Shown one piece after another: positions 24,435-39,096 of a DNA stretch of 64,000 nt. Position 1 is the stretch's first letter; each line of letters begins with the position of its first letter. The notes under the pieces are model-generated. The model searched no databases, had not been told where the DNA came from, and saw only the letters and a program-made list of their open reading frames with translations. Made by a program: the position numbers and the translations under genes. The DNA is from Convolutriloba macropyga (lineage: Eukaryota): NCBI RefSeq assembly GCF_964194025.1, contig NC_134478.1:12648001-12712000 (forward strand), given 5' to 3'.

Positions 24435-27400
24435 ACAAGGAGGCTCGGTAATTTGCCTTCGCACATAAAGTTCCGACCCCGCTCATCTACATTTTTCACT
24501 TAATTGTCCACCAAAAGAGGAAGAGATAAAAAAAAATTAGCATATCAATATATCGTTCAACAAAATATAAAAAGAATAAAATAATCTACTCTAGAGGGCT
24601 TATGAGACCTGTGGCTACCATAAAATGACTACCAGAGAAGACGGCAATAAAAATCAAATAATTACAAACATTAATTGCGACCAAAACTCCTTGTCCATTT
24701 TTTGAAAACCACTAACAACCAAATCAAAATGACATTAGATAAAATTTATACTGAGAAGATTAACCGGTACTTTTTTGGAAAAAAAAACAGGGGACTTTTT
24801 CTCAGTGCGACCTGGCAACAAGTCGACTATAAATGAGCAATAGGGGCAAAGTTTAGTAAAACATTGCCTTTTAAAAAAAATTAAATTCGAACTGATTAAA
24901 AAAATACGCATCAAATGAAATCATTGAGAGAGTCTTTTTATACCTCAATAGAGAACGACTGAGGTTTTTCATTATCCAGGATATGTCATTAGACTACAAA
25001 AATAACGACAAATACAAGAAAAAACGAAAAATTTGCACGAAAAATTATGCACGAAAACGATGTCCCCCCAATCAATTTAATATTAAGCAGATCACTAAAA
25101 AAAACAAATCTTCGTTTGCATCTTTTGTAGGTGACAACATTTGTAAATCAAATGGCGCCCATTATTGTGATACTGTGAAAAGAAAACAAAAACCTATAAA
25201 AAAGAGGCAAATATGCAACAATCAATAAAATTGATTTTATAAAAACTGGTTGTTCCAAGAACAAAGACCATTTGAGGAAAATAAAACCGTTATAAAGAGC
25301 AAATTTTATTTCAATAGGTAAATGATGTGAATTGTATACAGAGATGCTTAGCTACAATTTAACAGAAATAAAATTGGCAGATCTCAAAAATCTATCTTTT
25401 TCTATAAAAACCAATTTTCTCAAAACTCATAGCCAACAAAAGTTTTCGACTAAAAGAGTCGACAGTTTGTCTTGCAACTACTTAGAAATCTAATTGCGAC
25501 TGTTAATAATGAGACTAAATCATAAGACTATAAAATAACCTCAAATACAAGCTGAACTAATAAGTTTCACGAACAACTTTTCGAAACCACAGTTTTGAAG
25601 CCATTAAATTTGTAAGATATTAACCGCGAGAATACAACGTCTTCATTTGCGTCTCCTTGATTATCATAACGTCTTTTATAAAACGACTATCACAAAATGA
25701 CAACAAAAAGAACCGCAAAAACTGAAAAGTATCTTAACTTCACAATTTTCTGAAACAAGTTGTCTAAGCCCTGAAAACATTATTTAAAACGTTTGAACAA
25801 CAGAAAATTATTGATTGATTCCGAAAAACATTAAAAAGAGCTCTAAATAATGAGGCTAATTTACAAAAGTGATACAACATTGAAAAAAAACGAAAAAAAG
25901 CAAACCAGAACAAAAAGGGATAAGTTGAAGAATACTCTGTCTTTTTTTTTAGAAATTTAATTCGAAAGTCAAAAGAACCATTAGCTATTTAACGATATCA
26001 GTAATTAAGTTCATTCGTTTATCTAAACTTGGCCACTGAGACCTTTAATTACACAATATTTGGCATATGACAACGAAAATTAACAACAAATAAAGGGCAA
26101 AAATAAAGAATCAATCAAATCAATTGAATCAATCATTTGTAAAATTTCTGCAGGAGAGCGGTGTCGCAGCCCTTCAAACCATAAGTTATGAAAACAAAAG
26201 ATGGGTTCAACTTCAAATTTTATAAAGTTTCTTCGGTTAGATGGTTGCAAAATGTGAAAATTTAAAAAGAAACAAAAACAACAGCACAAATTGGCAATTA
26301 TGCCGAAAAATCAGAAAATTTTGTATGGTTTCATAGTACCCAAACCAAGAAAACCTTCTGTTAAAACAACCGGCCACAAAATTAGTTTGTATTGTATAAG
26401 GAGGAAAGGTTGAACTGTGATTACTGAGAATAAGCAAAATGTTGACCAAAATATAAAAAATTGACGCGTTCAAAAAAACAGAAATTTCCTTAGAACAAAT
26501 ACATTCAATAACATAAAAGACATTAGGTAACCGAATGAAAAGGAATGGTTCACTTGCACCTCTTGAGGAAGAAATTTAGATCTTTGAGTGGCTAAACTTT
26601 AAAATCAGACTGTCAAAAGAATAACAATTGAAGGCAAAAGACAAGAATTCAGTTGAATTTTACTCTACCTCAAAGCCATAAAACTCTTTGGTTCATTGAA
26701 AACAAACCATATCTGCATTCGGTCCTAAATTTACGTAAATTGGAGCTGTCATTAACGGAGCCGTGAAAAAAATATCAGTAATTAACATTAAAAAAAGAAA
26801 AGCAAAATAAAAAAAGAAAAGAAAAAAGGCAGCATCAAAATAAAAATCAGAAAGTCTCTGATTCTAAGAAACCATGATATTATCGAACCTCTCACTGATT
26901 TTGTCGCGCGACCAGCAATCAGACCAACTGTTTCAAGCGTTTGCGAATTAGACCAATTGCTGAGTGAAATTCTTCAAATATTAAAAAAAAACAACGATGC
27001 ATTTTGTATATTTATCGAGTTAAATCTGCAAAAAACGGCAAAGTTTTAATTCTAGAAGACTTTCATACGGCGCCAAATTGCAATTAGCGGACTTTTTGAG
27101 ATTGGGGAGTCTGTGTTAAGGTTTCTAGGTCACTAAGTCTGGCAAACTTTAACAAAGTGAATCAAAAAAGCATATTTTGTGCCATTTTTGATGAAAAAGT
27201 TAGAATTTTGAAAATTTTATCAAATTGTAGCCAAAAAACTTCAATCAAACAACTCAGGAACGCTCTTCTATCTCTAACGGTAACAACAACACTCTGCCTT
27301 AAAAAATTTATTTTTTTAAAATTATATTAGCGAAAATGTGCCAAATTTTAGCAAAAATTACTGAAAATGTGAACGAAAACAGTCGAATGTTCACAAAAGT

Positions 27401-27597
27401 TTAAACCTCGATAACTCCCTGTAAAAACGAAAATCAAAAAAATCTTTTTAATTCCGTAATCTATGCCTGACAGGCTTTTTAATGAAACCACTCACAATTC
27501 TCTACGATGAATATATCGATCGGCCAAAATTGACTGAACAAAAAAACCAGTTGAGTATATAGTTCCTCCCTCCCCACTAAAGCGGGGGTCGGAACAA
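24435..27597 (-). mobile_element. Helentron-like non-autonomous element, family B, copy 1
   Basis: Left end acaaggaggctcggtaat, a degenerate hairpin and gttccgacccc; right end gttcctccc...gggggtcggaacaa. Both ends are shared with the copies at 32842 and 58082. Confidence 0.7.
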
Positions 27598-28573
27598 CTA
27601 GTAACACTGGGCTAGTTAGTTCAAATTTACATAAAATTACCCCTTTTCCACGGATACAGTATCTAATTGCCGAAGTGAAATAAAGCCTAATTGGTGATCA
27701 ATTTCAGAAATGTCACTCTCGATACTAATTTTGGATTAGGAAGACAATTAGTCGTTTTAAATCACCCATAGCACTGTTCACAAGAACAATTAAGTATTTG
27801 GTCTCAAATAATTGCGTATAAAATTTGGTCAACAAAGTTTTCGGCAAATTATATGCTCTAAATGATTTTGTTGCAACAAAATGCTAATTAATTGAAATTT
27901 GCCTTCTCGAATATTGCTCTCGTAATGAAAGCAGATATTCAAAAAATTAGACAATCGAGAACGAATTACTTTAACACTAAAATTTATAAACTTAGATGTG
28001 AAATTTTCGTTTCGAATAAAGGTTCAACCAACTATCACCACAAGCTTTTAAAGAAAAACAGGCTACAGACGATGAACAAAACATTTGCTTCTTTCGAGAT
28101 AAAAATGCATAGGTTTCTAAGTATCAGAATATGCTTTTGATTGAAAAGGTTATCATCGATCATTGACAAGATTCGGATCATATTTGTTTTTTAAAAAAAT
28201 CCATAAAATGCTTCCAACTTTTTCTTAGAATTTTTTTTTTATATACATTTTATCAATTTAAAAAAATTTTCTCTGAAGTCTTCAGCCTACATTTTATAAT
28301 CCGGTTTCTAGTTTGCTTACAGCTTCTTTAATTGAAAAAAAAACGAGAACAATTGGTTAACTTGTAAGAATTTTTGTTTTGGAAGAAAAACTTGAAAGGC
28401 GTTGAATCGCCTTGTAAGAACTTGCGTTCGAACTGGTCCTGGGTATGAACCACATCAAGCCGCCCCTGTAATAATCTCTTTGGAAGACTTTCTGTCAAAA
28501 CATTTTCAGCCTAAGAAATTAACTAAAACAAAGCAAGATAAATATCTAACAGAAAGAAATCGTAATTAGACGT

Positions 28574-28734
28574 TCAGTCATTTTCAGGATCCAGTCCATA
28601 TTGTTTGTACAGTTCTCGAACCGTGCATTGTTTGAGAGTTGCCAAATGGCCCATGTAGGCTGAGGCCAAGTCCTTCATGTCGTTGTAGTCGTGCATCAGA
28701 TTGAGATACTTTCTGTAATTCTCTTCAGTGTATC
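28574..28734 (-). CDS. SWI5: SWI5/Sae3 homologous-recombination factor, coding exon 2 (last)
   Basis: Acceptor ttttag then (G)YTEENYRKYLNLMHDYNDMKDLASAYMGHLATLKQCTVRELYKQYGLDPEND*, matching the Swi5 motif LHxYNDxKD...MGxLA...xxxELY..FGLD. Phase 1 matches the donor at 37686. Confidence 0.92.
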
Positions 28735-29311
28735 CTAAAACAGTTGTCAATGCCCAGCTGGCATTCCCGTATAATAAATAATAAGGATATTCCCTACTAT
28801 GTAATGTATTGCTCATTAGAGGTTTGGATCAGATTGCATTTTTTCGATAAACTTTTTCGATAAACATTTTTCGATAAACATTTTCACATATTTCAAACAT
28901 CAAAATACGCAACAGCCATTTTTGATGAAAATAAGCATACAACTTATGCAAGAAACTTGGAAAATTTTTCGAAATTTAAAAATTTACTTAATCCTGATAC
29001 AATAACGGGGGCTAAAATTTCATGGGGAGCTATAATGGGAAAGACCCAAATTTTCTAAGCCAAATGTGTCCAAATTAGAAGCCTACAATCACAGAAAGAT
29101 TAAAACAGAATATGGCATTTACGTTGCATTCGATTTCGAATTTATCAACGTGTAACGTAAACGGGGTTAAATTTACATTAAGATTTCATTTTTTCGATCG
29201 GGAGTGGTAGATTCTGGGAATGGTAGATAAATATATTTTGAAACTCTAAGCTTTAATTTGGAATTTAAGGAAACCCAAATTCCATACATTGCTATATAAA
29301 ATTTTGCGGTT

Positions 29312-29534
29312 CTACTTCATTTCACCCCCATTCATTTAACCCCCTATCATTTAACCCCGATTTATTCACCCCTCTATCATTTAACCCCTCTATCATTTCA
29401 CCCTCTATCATTTCATCCCGCCAATTAGCAGTGGACATTAAAGGCATGTTTTGTCATAATTAAGTGGATAAATTAATCCCACGTTCGGTTGTGATAGTTT
29501 CATATCAAGTCCCACGGGCCGCTGAGGCATGGCC
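29312..29534 (+). mobile_element. Non-autonomous repeat family D, in the SWI5 intron
   Basis: About 6 copies of ctatcatttaacccc, then tcaagtcccacgggccgctgaggcatggcc. Confidence 0.7.
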
Positions 29535-29586
29535 ATTTTGTTAATTGCAAAATTAATTTATGTGTCCCAAAAATTTTCAAAAACAA

Positions 29587-29698
29587 ACAATAAAACTCTT
29601 TAGAAAAATCGAAAAGAAAAATTGAAAGCAAAAAATTATCTTAAGATAATTTTTTGCTTTCAATTTTTCTTTTAGATTTTTCTAAAGAATTTTATTGT
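29587..29698. repeat. 112-bp spacerless palindrome (56-bp arms, 2 mismatched pairs)
   Basis: Centred on ctt|aag at 29642/29643; arms compared base by base. Confidence 0.95.
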
Positions 29699-30216
29699 AT
29701 CTTGTGGTTCTCCAACTCAGATCACCGTTTGTGGTATTAAATTGCTGTTTTAAAAAAACAAATAGAAAGAAAAAAATTTTACCAAAAAGATACATCTAGT
29801 GGACTACTGAGTTTCGGTTAATTTGATTCAAGTCAACAGACATTTTAAACTTACCAGAAAACTAACACGACGATCTTCCGTTATCTGTTATATAATAGAG
29901 GACAATGGCTCGGTGAAGATCAGTTATATGAGGTATTAATTATCCGACAAAGCATTCTGTAGAAGACCTCTCATTCGATTATTCGCAAGGAGCCTCACTG
30001 ATTAGGGTTGTTTATTGATAAAACTCCGGCACCCTTCATTTTGAAACTCAGCAAAAACAACTACAACATTCATTTTCTTTTTTAAAATCAAAAGCTATCT
30101 CCATTTAGATATTTTTCACAGCAAAACGAAAAAAAATTACACCTACTTAGAAGGACATTTACAAAAATACCGGAGCGAGTTTAAGCCAAGAATTATCAAA
30201 AGAAAAACTATAAAAA

Positions 30217-30727
30217 ACATAGATGGCAGATTGCCAGAAAATAGCCGCAATAGCTTCGTAGATCTGCAGTCTAAAAAAAAACAGTAAAAAAGACAGACCA
30301 AAAAATTCGTCTTTTCATTGAAGGCTGATGTTTTTTTTTGATTAAAAATCTGTATTATAAGTTTTGCTGCCTCTATAAGCTGCTCTCAAATAACCTTCAT
30401 TTAGAGTGACACACACCCAATTGACCTTATCTCTTTGGATTAAAGTAAATAAAAGTCAATTTCAAAGTGAGGAAGTCATTTTTGAGAGCGAGGTAAGTCA
30501 AATGTGAGCAAAAATTTAATCACGCGAATGAACAAAAAAACTCGCTCCACTAAAGCCAATAATGACATAACGCACGCACTTCAGTTCAAATTGCATGAAT
30601 GAAGGAACAAAAATCAGATTTGAAGTGGCTGAGACGTCATATGGTCGTAAGAAAAATTTTGACGACGAAATTAAAAAAACCAAGAGAAGGCCAATAATAG
30701 CCCCACCTATCGCTGTGCCGCTATTAA
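30217..30727 (-). mobile_element. Helentron-like non-autonomous element, family C
   Basis: Hairpin tggcagattgcca plus aatagccgcaatag at the left; ctatcgc...gctattaa at the right. Homologous to 44815-45700, including the internal gaagtcatttt...gaggtaagtca. Confidence 0.55.
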
Positions 30728-32841
30728 AAAGATTTAACAAAATTTTGAGTGCTATCATGCAGGCACTTGATACCACTCTTGACTTAATACAACTGTTGAC
30801 TTCGAAAAAACTTGACTTGGTATCATGCAGGCACTTCATGCGCATATAACTGAAGAAAAAACAAATCAGTTCGAAAACAAAAGTATCAAGTTAATAATTT
30901 CGAAGCTCTAAAACTGGTGGTGATTAGATAAAAGAGACAGGGAAGCTGAAAAATATCTCGAGTTTGAGACCTGAAATCGTTGTATTTCAGACCTGAAAAT
31001 TTAAATTTTCCTTTTCTAAAGGAAAATATAAAGCTCAAGGTCGAGAAAACAATTTTAACAAAGCTTTCAAAATTGAAATGTAAAATTTCAAAAAGTTTCA
31101 TTCAAACATAATATTGTGAAATTCACACAATTCAAAAGCAGCACATTAAATAAATGGTCATGCAAGTGTATCTTAGAAGCTTGTACCAAACTCAAAAACC
31201 AATAAAGAGACCAAAGTAAAAAGTCAACAAAATTTGGCAAAAATCAAAGCTCTCTATTAACTTCACCATTAAGCGCGTAACTAAGGCTTGAAACCCTTGA
31301 CAGAAACTGATCATTGGAGGTCAAACATCAGCTTTATTTAATAGTACCAAAAAACCGCAAAAAAGTTAATAACGAACGCAGCAACAAAAATCCACGCAAT
31401 ATTTTCGCAGAACTGCAGAGTCAAAAACCATTTGCTAAACTATTTGCTAAATGGAACTATTAAAGAAATCCAAATTAACCGGATGATTAAGTTGATGAGA
31501 GCTGTATTAAAGGAAAAATAACCAGACAAAAACAACAAACAAGGGCAAACTCAAGAAAATGGTTTGTTATTTTTGGAAAACAAAGTTGCAGTGTCTTTTG
31601 AACAATTAGCTGCTAATTGACATAAGTAAAAAAACTAGACCTTCAATTAGAGAGACTAAGCAGCAATGCAAGAAAAAATCTCAAAAAAGGGCATAGCTCA
31701 AAACCCACTAATTTTTAGGACAAGGTTAAATAGAACAATCATTAGGCACAAAATGTAATCATTAAGGGGCCAATTATTCTAAAACAAAAAATTATCAGGA
31801 ACTATATCGACTAGGAACCAGATAGAATAACAAACCAAGGCAAAGCGAAAAAAAAGATTTTCGATAACAGTGTCAGTTCAAAGTTTAAAAAATAGCTCGA
31901 TAACAATGACGCAGATCAATTTTCAGGGACCCCGAACATCTTCAAGACCTTTCGCTACTGAGAGTAAACTAAAAAAAGACAACAACGGAACAACCAAGAG
32001 GAGCCAATTAGACCTGTCATAGATCATACTAAGTGGCAGCTCAGCAAAAAGCTCAAGTTAATGCGTCCTGATTCTCTTACATATGAAATGAAATAATTCA
32101 AGACACAAAAATGCCACACCAAAAAGCCAATAAGACCTATAGTCAATGAGGCTAAGCAATAGGAGAACAAATAGTGGTCAAACTCAAAAAAGCCCCAACA
32201 TTTCTAGAAAAGAAGTGGTGACTAAATTATGAATAACCTTCAATTATGAAAAAAAAAAAACAATTCGATAAATTCAATTATGCCTCAACAGTCAGATCTG
32301 CCCTTAGTCATATGATAACAAAAAGAACAGCAAAAAGGACATTTCATGAAAAAGTAACCAAGTCATACAAATCATTATCTGCCCTTTTAGGAAATCAGCA
32401 TCAAAGAACATGTATTGTTTAGTAAAAAGCATCCCAGAAAAACGATGATAGAACATTCAGACCAATTAAAACACATCCGAAACTTCTGCAAGAGAGAAAT
32501 TTTCTGGAACGGAGTTCAACGGAGTAGTTCGAGACAATGTTCAAACACTACTGTCTGATACTACTTCAAAAATCAGTCAGCGAAAAATTTCATCCCTTAA
32601 AACTACTCGCCTTTTGCACCCCAGAGTGACCAAGATTTCACTCCCCAGCTTGAATAAAATTACCCTTAAGTTTGACTTCTAACAATCTTGAAATGAAAAG
32701 AGCGCCCTAATACAATTCTCTAGAACTAAGCGTTCTACTATTTAGTCACGCTATAGATTGGCAGCATTAAAATACATCCGACTTAAAAGGCATCCTCAAA
32801 TGTTATATCTTGATCAAAGGACCAATTCTAACTTAAAATTG

Positions 32842-35800
32842 ACAAGGAGGCTCGTTAATGTGCGTTCGCACATGATGTTCCGACCCAAGCTCATCTACAT
32901 TTTTGACTTATTTGTCAACCAAATGAAGAAATAACAAAAATTGATGTTTGAGTTTAAAATAATCGTTACACAACCTATCTACTACTTGAATTACATAATG
33001 CCATGCCTTATTATAGCGCCAAAGAGATCTGACCTTAAAGAGACTACGAGACAAAAAAACAACCAAAAAAGCAAAAACAAGAACTTCACGGCAAAAACTG
33101 AATATCTAAATTTAAAAGCACATAGTAACAACGTCAAAATCCAGTCAAATAAAACCTTAACTACTCAAATTTAATTTCTGCTAACTACACGGCGAACGAA
33201 AAGTTTTCCTAATGAGACTATGTTACAAGTCAACAAAGAACAATCAACATTAATTAGCATTTTTTAAACAAAGAAATTTCAAAAGTCTTAAAAATCATTA
33301 GCTTTTAACTAAACAACCCTTGATAAATTACTAAAAAGTTACTACGAAACCAAAAGGCCTTGTCTTTGGGTAGTTTAAGCCTTAGAAACGAACTAAAGAA
33401 AAACCTAAAAAATTGGAAACGATTTGCGAAAACCCAAACTAATATTAACATTAAAATCATTAGCTATTATCTGAATACTATGTATTTTTAATTCAATTCT
33501 TATTTCTACTAATTCAGCTGCAGAAATTATACTGAGAGATTAAATAAGTTTATTTGGGCCACATTTGTAAACCATTGGGATCTGTTACTAAGCGATTGAT
33601 CTGAAAGAAGAGAAAAAGAAGCGCAAAAAATGACCACTCAAAAAACGTTAATAACGCATATTGTCCAACAAACAAAGCATCGGTGATACATAATATCAGT
33701 AGATATGTTATTTTTGGGAACACAAGAAATTGGATGTGACCTCTCATTGATGAAAATAAGTTACAATTTGACGAAAAGAACGAAAACTGAAAAGTTTGAA
33801 AAAGGTTTGAAAATGTATATCATAAACTTTAAGACTAAAGGCTATGAACTGACTAACTGATTCAGGTAACATCATTAATTCAATCCTCAATTACAAGCCT
33901 AAGAGATTTGTCAGCAATTTACGGCTACCTAAAGAACAAAAACAGGAAAAACAGCAATTCCAGGAAAAAAATTGAGCGAAAAGTGTCAAAGGCATTAAAA
34001 AATGAACTTTTCACTAAAAAATTTTCTATGTTTAATTAATTTTAACAGCAAAGGGATTCGTCTTCTTTATCAATAGAGTTTCAAAAAATCAAACATGAAC
34101 AAATACATTATAACCACGAAATTTTTGAAAAAACTCGTATCAACGCCATTAATTTCATTAGCTTTCAACTGAATCCACTAAATACGCTAAATTATGCCTC
34201 CCTGGGACATCAAATTTGTTGGCCATTTATATTTGGTCGATAAGACCTTACAACAAGTTGAAAATGAAAACAACACCAAAGACAGGCAACAACCAAAAAT
34301 TCAGTAGAAAAAAGCCAGAAAATGTCGAAGCAATTTAAATCATAAGTTATTCTCTGAAAACTTTATATATGATCCGTGGCGTCTTCCCTAAACCAATGGG
34401 AACTATCAGTATTAGGATAAAGCGATAAGATTTCAAAAAGATCCAAAAATAAGAAAAAGTACCCAAAAGTTTAAAAAAAGATATGAAAACTAGTGGCATT
34501 TAAGTTTTAAAACTAATAGGTAGAAGATAAAACCGCTAACCAAATTATTTTTGGCTGCATTAGAAAAAAAAGGATCCTGTAAGAACGAAGACTGACTAAC
34601 AGTCCACGAAAAAAGTTTAGTCTTAACAGTCATTAAACTCAAAAGCTTTTGACTTAACGGAGGTCAATAACTACGCTCAGAAACAACACAATGGCAGAAA
34701 AACGATGTTTGTCATGCATAGATAATCAATAGGAGATCTTAACAAGTCCTATGACTATTAAAACAACAAAATCAGGCAAAAACTAAAAACTCAGTAGAGA
34801 AGGGCGAGAAGAAAAATTCGAAGCCATTTGAAACCATAAGCTTTTCTCTGAAAAATTTATCTGTGATCCACTGAACGTTTTCTAGAAGCCATTAGGAGCT
34901 GTCAATATTAGGGTAAAGTGATAAGATTTCATAAGTAACCAAAAATACGGAAATATCAAAAAAAAAATTAAACTTTTCGAAATCTTGTGTCATTGAACTC
35001 ATATTACTAAAAGTTAGAAGATAAAAACGCCAAGTAGATCAAATTTGGTTACCCTAGGACGGAAGAGTGTGTTGTCATCACAGAAACTAACTTACAGTTC
35101 ACGATAATAAGTTTATGATTGGTTAATGTTCGAAAAAAATTTCGAAAAATTATTTTTAAAGTCTCAACAGCCATTAGCTGTTACTCACTCAAAGCACTAG
35201 ATATGCTCACTTAAATCTCATTACGGAATATATTGAACTGTTAGTCAATTAGTCTATGCCATAAGCCTGCAAAACAAATTAGTAAAACCTCAAGAAAATC
35301 AAAATTTCATTTAAAATTACGAAAACTAATATTACGAGTCGAATTTAAAAAAAACATGAGCAATTCCTTGAAAACGATTTTTTTTGTTCATTGGGCTTCA
35401 TTAGACTGTAAAGGAGGTTTGTCATTAACGGGGACTTGAAAAAGCAAAAAAAAAAGTAGAAAAACATAGAAAAAAAGAGCTCTCAAATAGATATCGAGTT
35501 TTTTTTTTCATATTGAAGCTCCCTATGAGACCAGAACTAGTCTTTTTTATTGCCTTTAGTCTATTAGGAACACGAAAATGGTTCATTTTTGGCAAGAAAT
35601 TTAACTTTGAACTACTATTTTTATAGAAAATATCTTAATTTGGAGAAAAATCACACTAAAAGTGAACAAATATCCCGTGTTCACAAAAAACTTCAATCCT
35701 CGATAACTCCTCTAAAAAAACGAAAATCAGAAAAATCTTTTAAATTTTGAATTCTACGCTGGACCAGCTTTTTAATGATACCACTCACATTTCTGTGCGA

Positions 35801-35887
35801 TGAATATATCGATCGGCCGAAATTGACTGAACAAAAAAAACCCATTCGAGCATATAGTTCCTCCCCCCACAAGTAGGGTCGGTACAA
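32842..35887 (-). mobile_element. Helentron-like non-autonomous element, family B, copy 2
   Basis: Hairpin atgtgcg-tt-cgcacat plus gttccgaccc at the left; conserved ~200-bp right end finishing gggtcggtacaa. Confidence 0.7.
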
Positions 35888-37686
35888 TAATTTAGCTTCG
35901 AACTATTCTTGCGGCAAATTAAGCATAAAAACTTCTATAATTCTTATGAAGTAAGAGTCAAAATCAATAGAGTATTCAAAATTTCATTAAAAAATTACTA
36001 AATCAGTCAAAATTGGACAAAAACGTCACAAAACGGGGGGCAGATGATCACGTTTGATCACAAAAAAAATGGAAAAGAAATCGGCTCTATTGGAGTTTTA
36101 ATATGGTGACCCTGATTTCTCCAAAAAGTAAACAAAAAATAGCTTAAAGTTTACTGAAAACAAAAGACACCCTGGCATATATAATACCCCACTTCAAAAG
36201 AACTGTTTCAACAGACTCTTCCACAAAAACTAGCGTTGTAGGATAATCCATATCCACGCTCCTTTTTTTTCCAAAAAAAACTGAAATGAAACCTTTTGAT
36301 TTAAATTTTTTTAATTGTGGTTTCTGCAGGCGGAGCAATTTCGCAAAACGTAAATTTCGCAAAAAGTAAATGTTGAAGCCCTTTTTTATAGCGTCTCTAC
36401 TCGAAATCTTTCAAAAAGAAAAGCACAATAAAATCCGAGCGAAAACCACACGTAGAAGGAAGATTTATAAGAACTACAGCAAACAACGGTCTGAGATATC
36501 TTCAAAGAACTCAAAAATTGCCAGAAGAACAAAGGTGTTGACAAATTTACATCTTTTAAACAAATGGGACCAATAGGAAAAAAGCTATAAGTATTCAAAT
36601 GGAAATATTTGGTTTTTTCTCAAGGAAGTGCAATAGGCATCAAGTTGATTTTAAGAGACAACATTTCGGAAACAATCCAAAAATAATCAAATTGGCCGAG
36701 CTTTTATGTCTCATTAACTTTTTCAAAATGAGTTCTTGAATTCTCTTTTTGTAGCGTTCGAGAGCCAAAGACATTTAAAATTCGATCAGGTAAGATAGTC
36801 TGCGATGCCCTTAAAAAGTAAAAAAAAGAGGAGCTGCATAAAACCAGGCCACTGCCGACGAATGACTACCCACTATGTCAATATGTACGATGAAATTCGA
36901 GATTAAATTAAAACTTAAGAATTTCTAAACAAACAAATATGACCTCTAAAATACGTAATCTAGGACCTAGAAACAGACACCTGCTTTTAAAACTTACAAC
37001 TTTATGCTTGTTTTAATATCCCGCGGACATCCAGAAAGAGGCGACCTAATTTTTAAGGAAAAACTCATCAACAATTTAAATTATATCATTTGCTCTCTGC
37101 CTTTAGCTCTTTTTCATGAAAATTAGGTGATCCCAATAATCGCTAAAATATTTATTGTGATGAAGGAACTTTTTTGAAACAAGGTACACATGAAATTGTC
37201 AGAATTTCCACAGCAATTATTAAAGACTTGAAACCTGAAGGCCAAAATTCTAGCGTTTAGCAGTTCTGCATGTTATTCAAGTCCTTTATCGAATGTCCCC
37301 CGCGATTATAAATACGTACAACTTTTGGGATGTATTCTGTTTTCATCCCCATCCCCTCAGGCGTTTGTTTATGACCAACACACATAATAAATTGTGTTGC
37401 TATATTGTAAGTTACTCTCCAGGACAATAGGTGCAATTGCGGGGGGGGGGGTCACAACGCTGGGGGTGAACAGAATTGACTCCAATTTCATATAAAGTTC
37501 TTCCAATTACGACGTACCATGAACTACTACTTCCTCCCAAGTCTAAGTGCCAAAGGACCCGCCCCGACCAAAATTCTCTAATCAGAATAAGCTTCTTTTG
37601 TGACTAAATCCTAAAAACTAAGTCTCGTGAATACTTCAGCTAGCCTGAGATTAATGATTGATGGACAAAATAGAAGTATTGCTTAC

Positions 37687-37885
37687 CTTCCTTTTTGTAC
37701 TGTTCTACCTTTAACTGCAAGTCTTGAATTTCTCCAATCAGTTTGGTCTTTTCCTGTTCTTCGGAATCAGATACAGATACTTGTGTTTCATGCACACGAT
37801 TACCTTCAGAAGATTTAGTTTCGACCTTCGCTGATTTCAGAGGAGAATTGAAAGATGTTTGCTTGAGAGCTTTTGACCGTCTCAT
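37687..37885 (-). CDS. SWI5: SWI5/Sae3, coding exon 1
   Basis: MRRSKALKQTSFNSPLK...KLIGEIQDLQLKVEQYKKE(G) followed by the strong donor G|GTAAGC. Splicing to 28734 gives KEGYTEEN (cf. vertebrate SEGYSVDE) and a 119-aa protein. The start codon is the least certain part. Confidence 0.85.
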
Positions 37886-37938
37886 TTTTACCACAAATAA
37901 TCACAAGGCCAGAAAGTATCAGTATAATCTTAAACATA

Positions 37939-39096
37939 AACCGACTAACGTCGCATAAAATGCGCTCGGACGACAGGCGGCGCAAATTAATGCAGGGGCT
38001 GTAGCCTAGATAAATTATTCTTCAGGGGTCCAGAAAATCCGATCTGCGATGGATTCAAACCTCCGATCTCCTGAGTTCTCTACACACTCATTAAACAATT
38101 GGCTATCGGGCATTTGTATTTTCCTATCTTACAATAGTTTTTTTAGCAAAAATCACTCACAAACGAAAAAGTGCGTGAAAAAGTCAGTGTCATAGAATAA
38201 AAATGCAAAAATGGTCAATCGAACATATTGCATAAAAAACACAGACGGAAGAACTCTGGGAACGACTCGAAGACTTCCCGGTCTCAAAAACTAGCCTTTC
38301 AACGAGAGTTTCCAGAGATAGTAAAAAATCAAACCAGATACTAGCAATCTTCTGCCAAGAAACAAAAAAATTGGCCAAAAATAAATTAACATATAACATT
38401 AGAAACATTCAACTAACTTTTCAAATATTACGACTACAAAAAGAAGCAAAAATAGTTGTTTCAATCAATCAAAGCTACAAATTTTCTCACAAAATAGGTA
38501 AGCCATCGTTAACTCACGAACAACTCTAATTTTGATTTTAAAAAAACTAAGAAATTCAGGAAAATGTTAAAAAATTACTCTTGTCAAATTTTATGAAAAC
38601 TGCTTTGTACAAATAAGAATCTCATTCTACTTTTAACATAACTCAGGATTCATAGCCTTCAATTCAGTAATGGACAAAAACAATGACAAAATACTATTGA
38701 CAAAAATTGGCGAAAATAGACTAAACATCAGCAAATGGTTGAAAAACATTTAAATTAGCATAAAACTCCTTTCAATTACCACCATGCTTCAAACTGGTAT
38801 CCCAGCAACCTGCTTATTGTGGATTTTTTCTACAATCAACTTTCAAACAATATTAAAACATTGAAAACAAAAACAAAAAATGAACGCTGTGTTTCAAAAA
38901 AAGTATAAACAGAATAATGACTCTCTTTTCTCCGTCGAACTTGAAACGTTCACCAAAACACCTTTTTCGAACTTTATTCACTCACTGAATTCCGGTTTTT
39001 TGCTCGCTCACTTAAGAAAAAAAAAGAACACCATTACTCCCCTTGGTGTCGTAAAAAGACACGTTAACAATAATTGCTTTGCTCGAAAGCAATTAA
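37939..39096 (-). mobile_element. Helentron-like element, family A, with a tRNA-like segment (~38045-38112)
   Basis: Hairpin ccgactaacgtcg at the left; taattgct...gaaagcaattaa at the right. Minus-strand A-box TAGCCAATTG and B-box GGTTTGAATCC. Confidence 0.6.

Noticed and set aside
28842-28885. 14-bp unit x3 (tttttcgataaaca); similar short duplications at 1100-1170, 2103-2150, 39738-39770 and 56242-56279
   Set aside because: Ordinary slippage repeats with no further structure.
29855-29884. Possible SWI5 micro-exon (ag|ATAACGG...TTTCTG|gtaagt)
   Set aside because: In the required phase 1 it contains TAG, and exons 1 and 2 already join to match SWI5. It could only be a poison exon, for which there is no evidence here.
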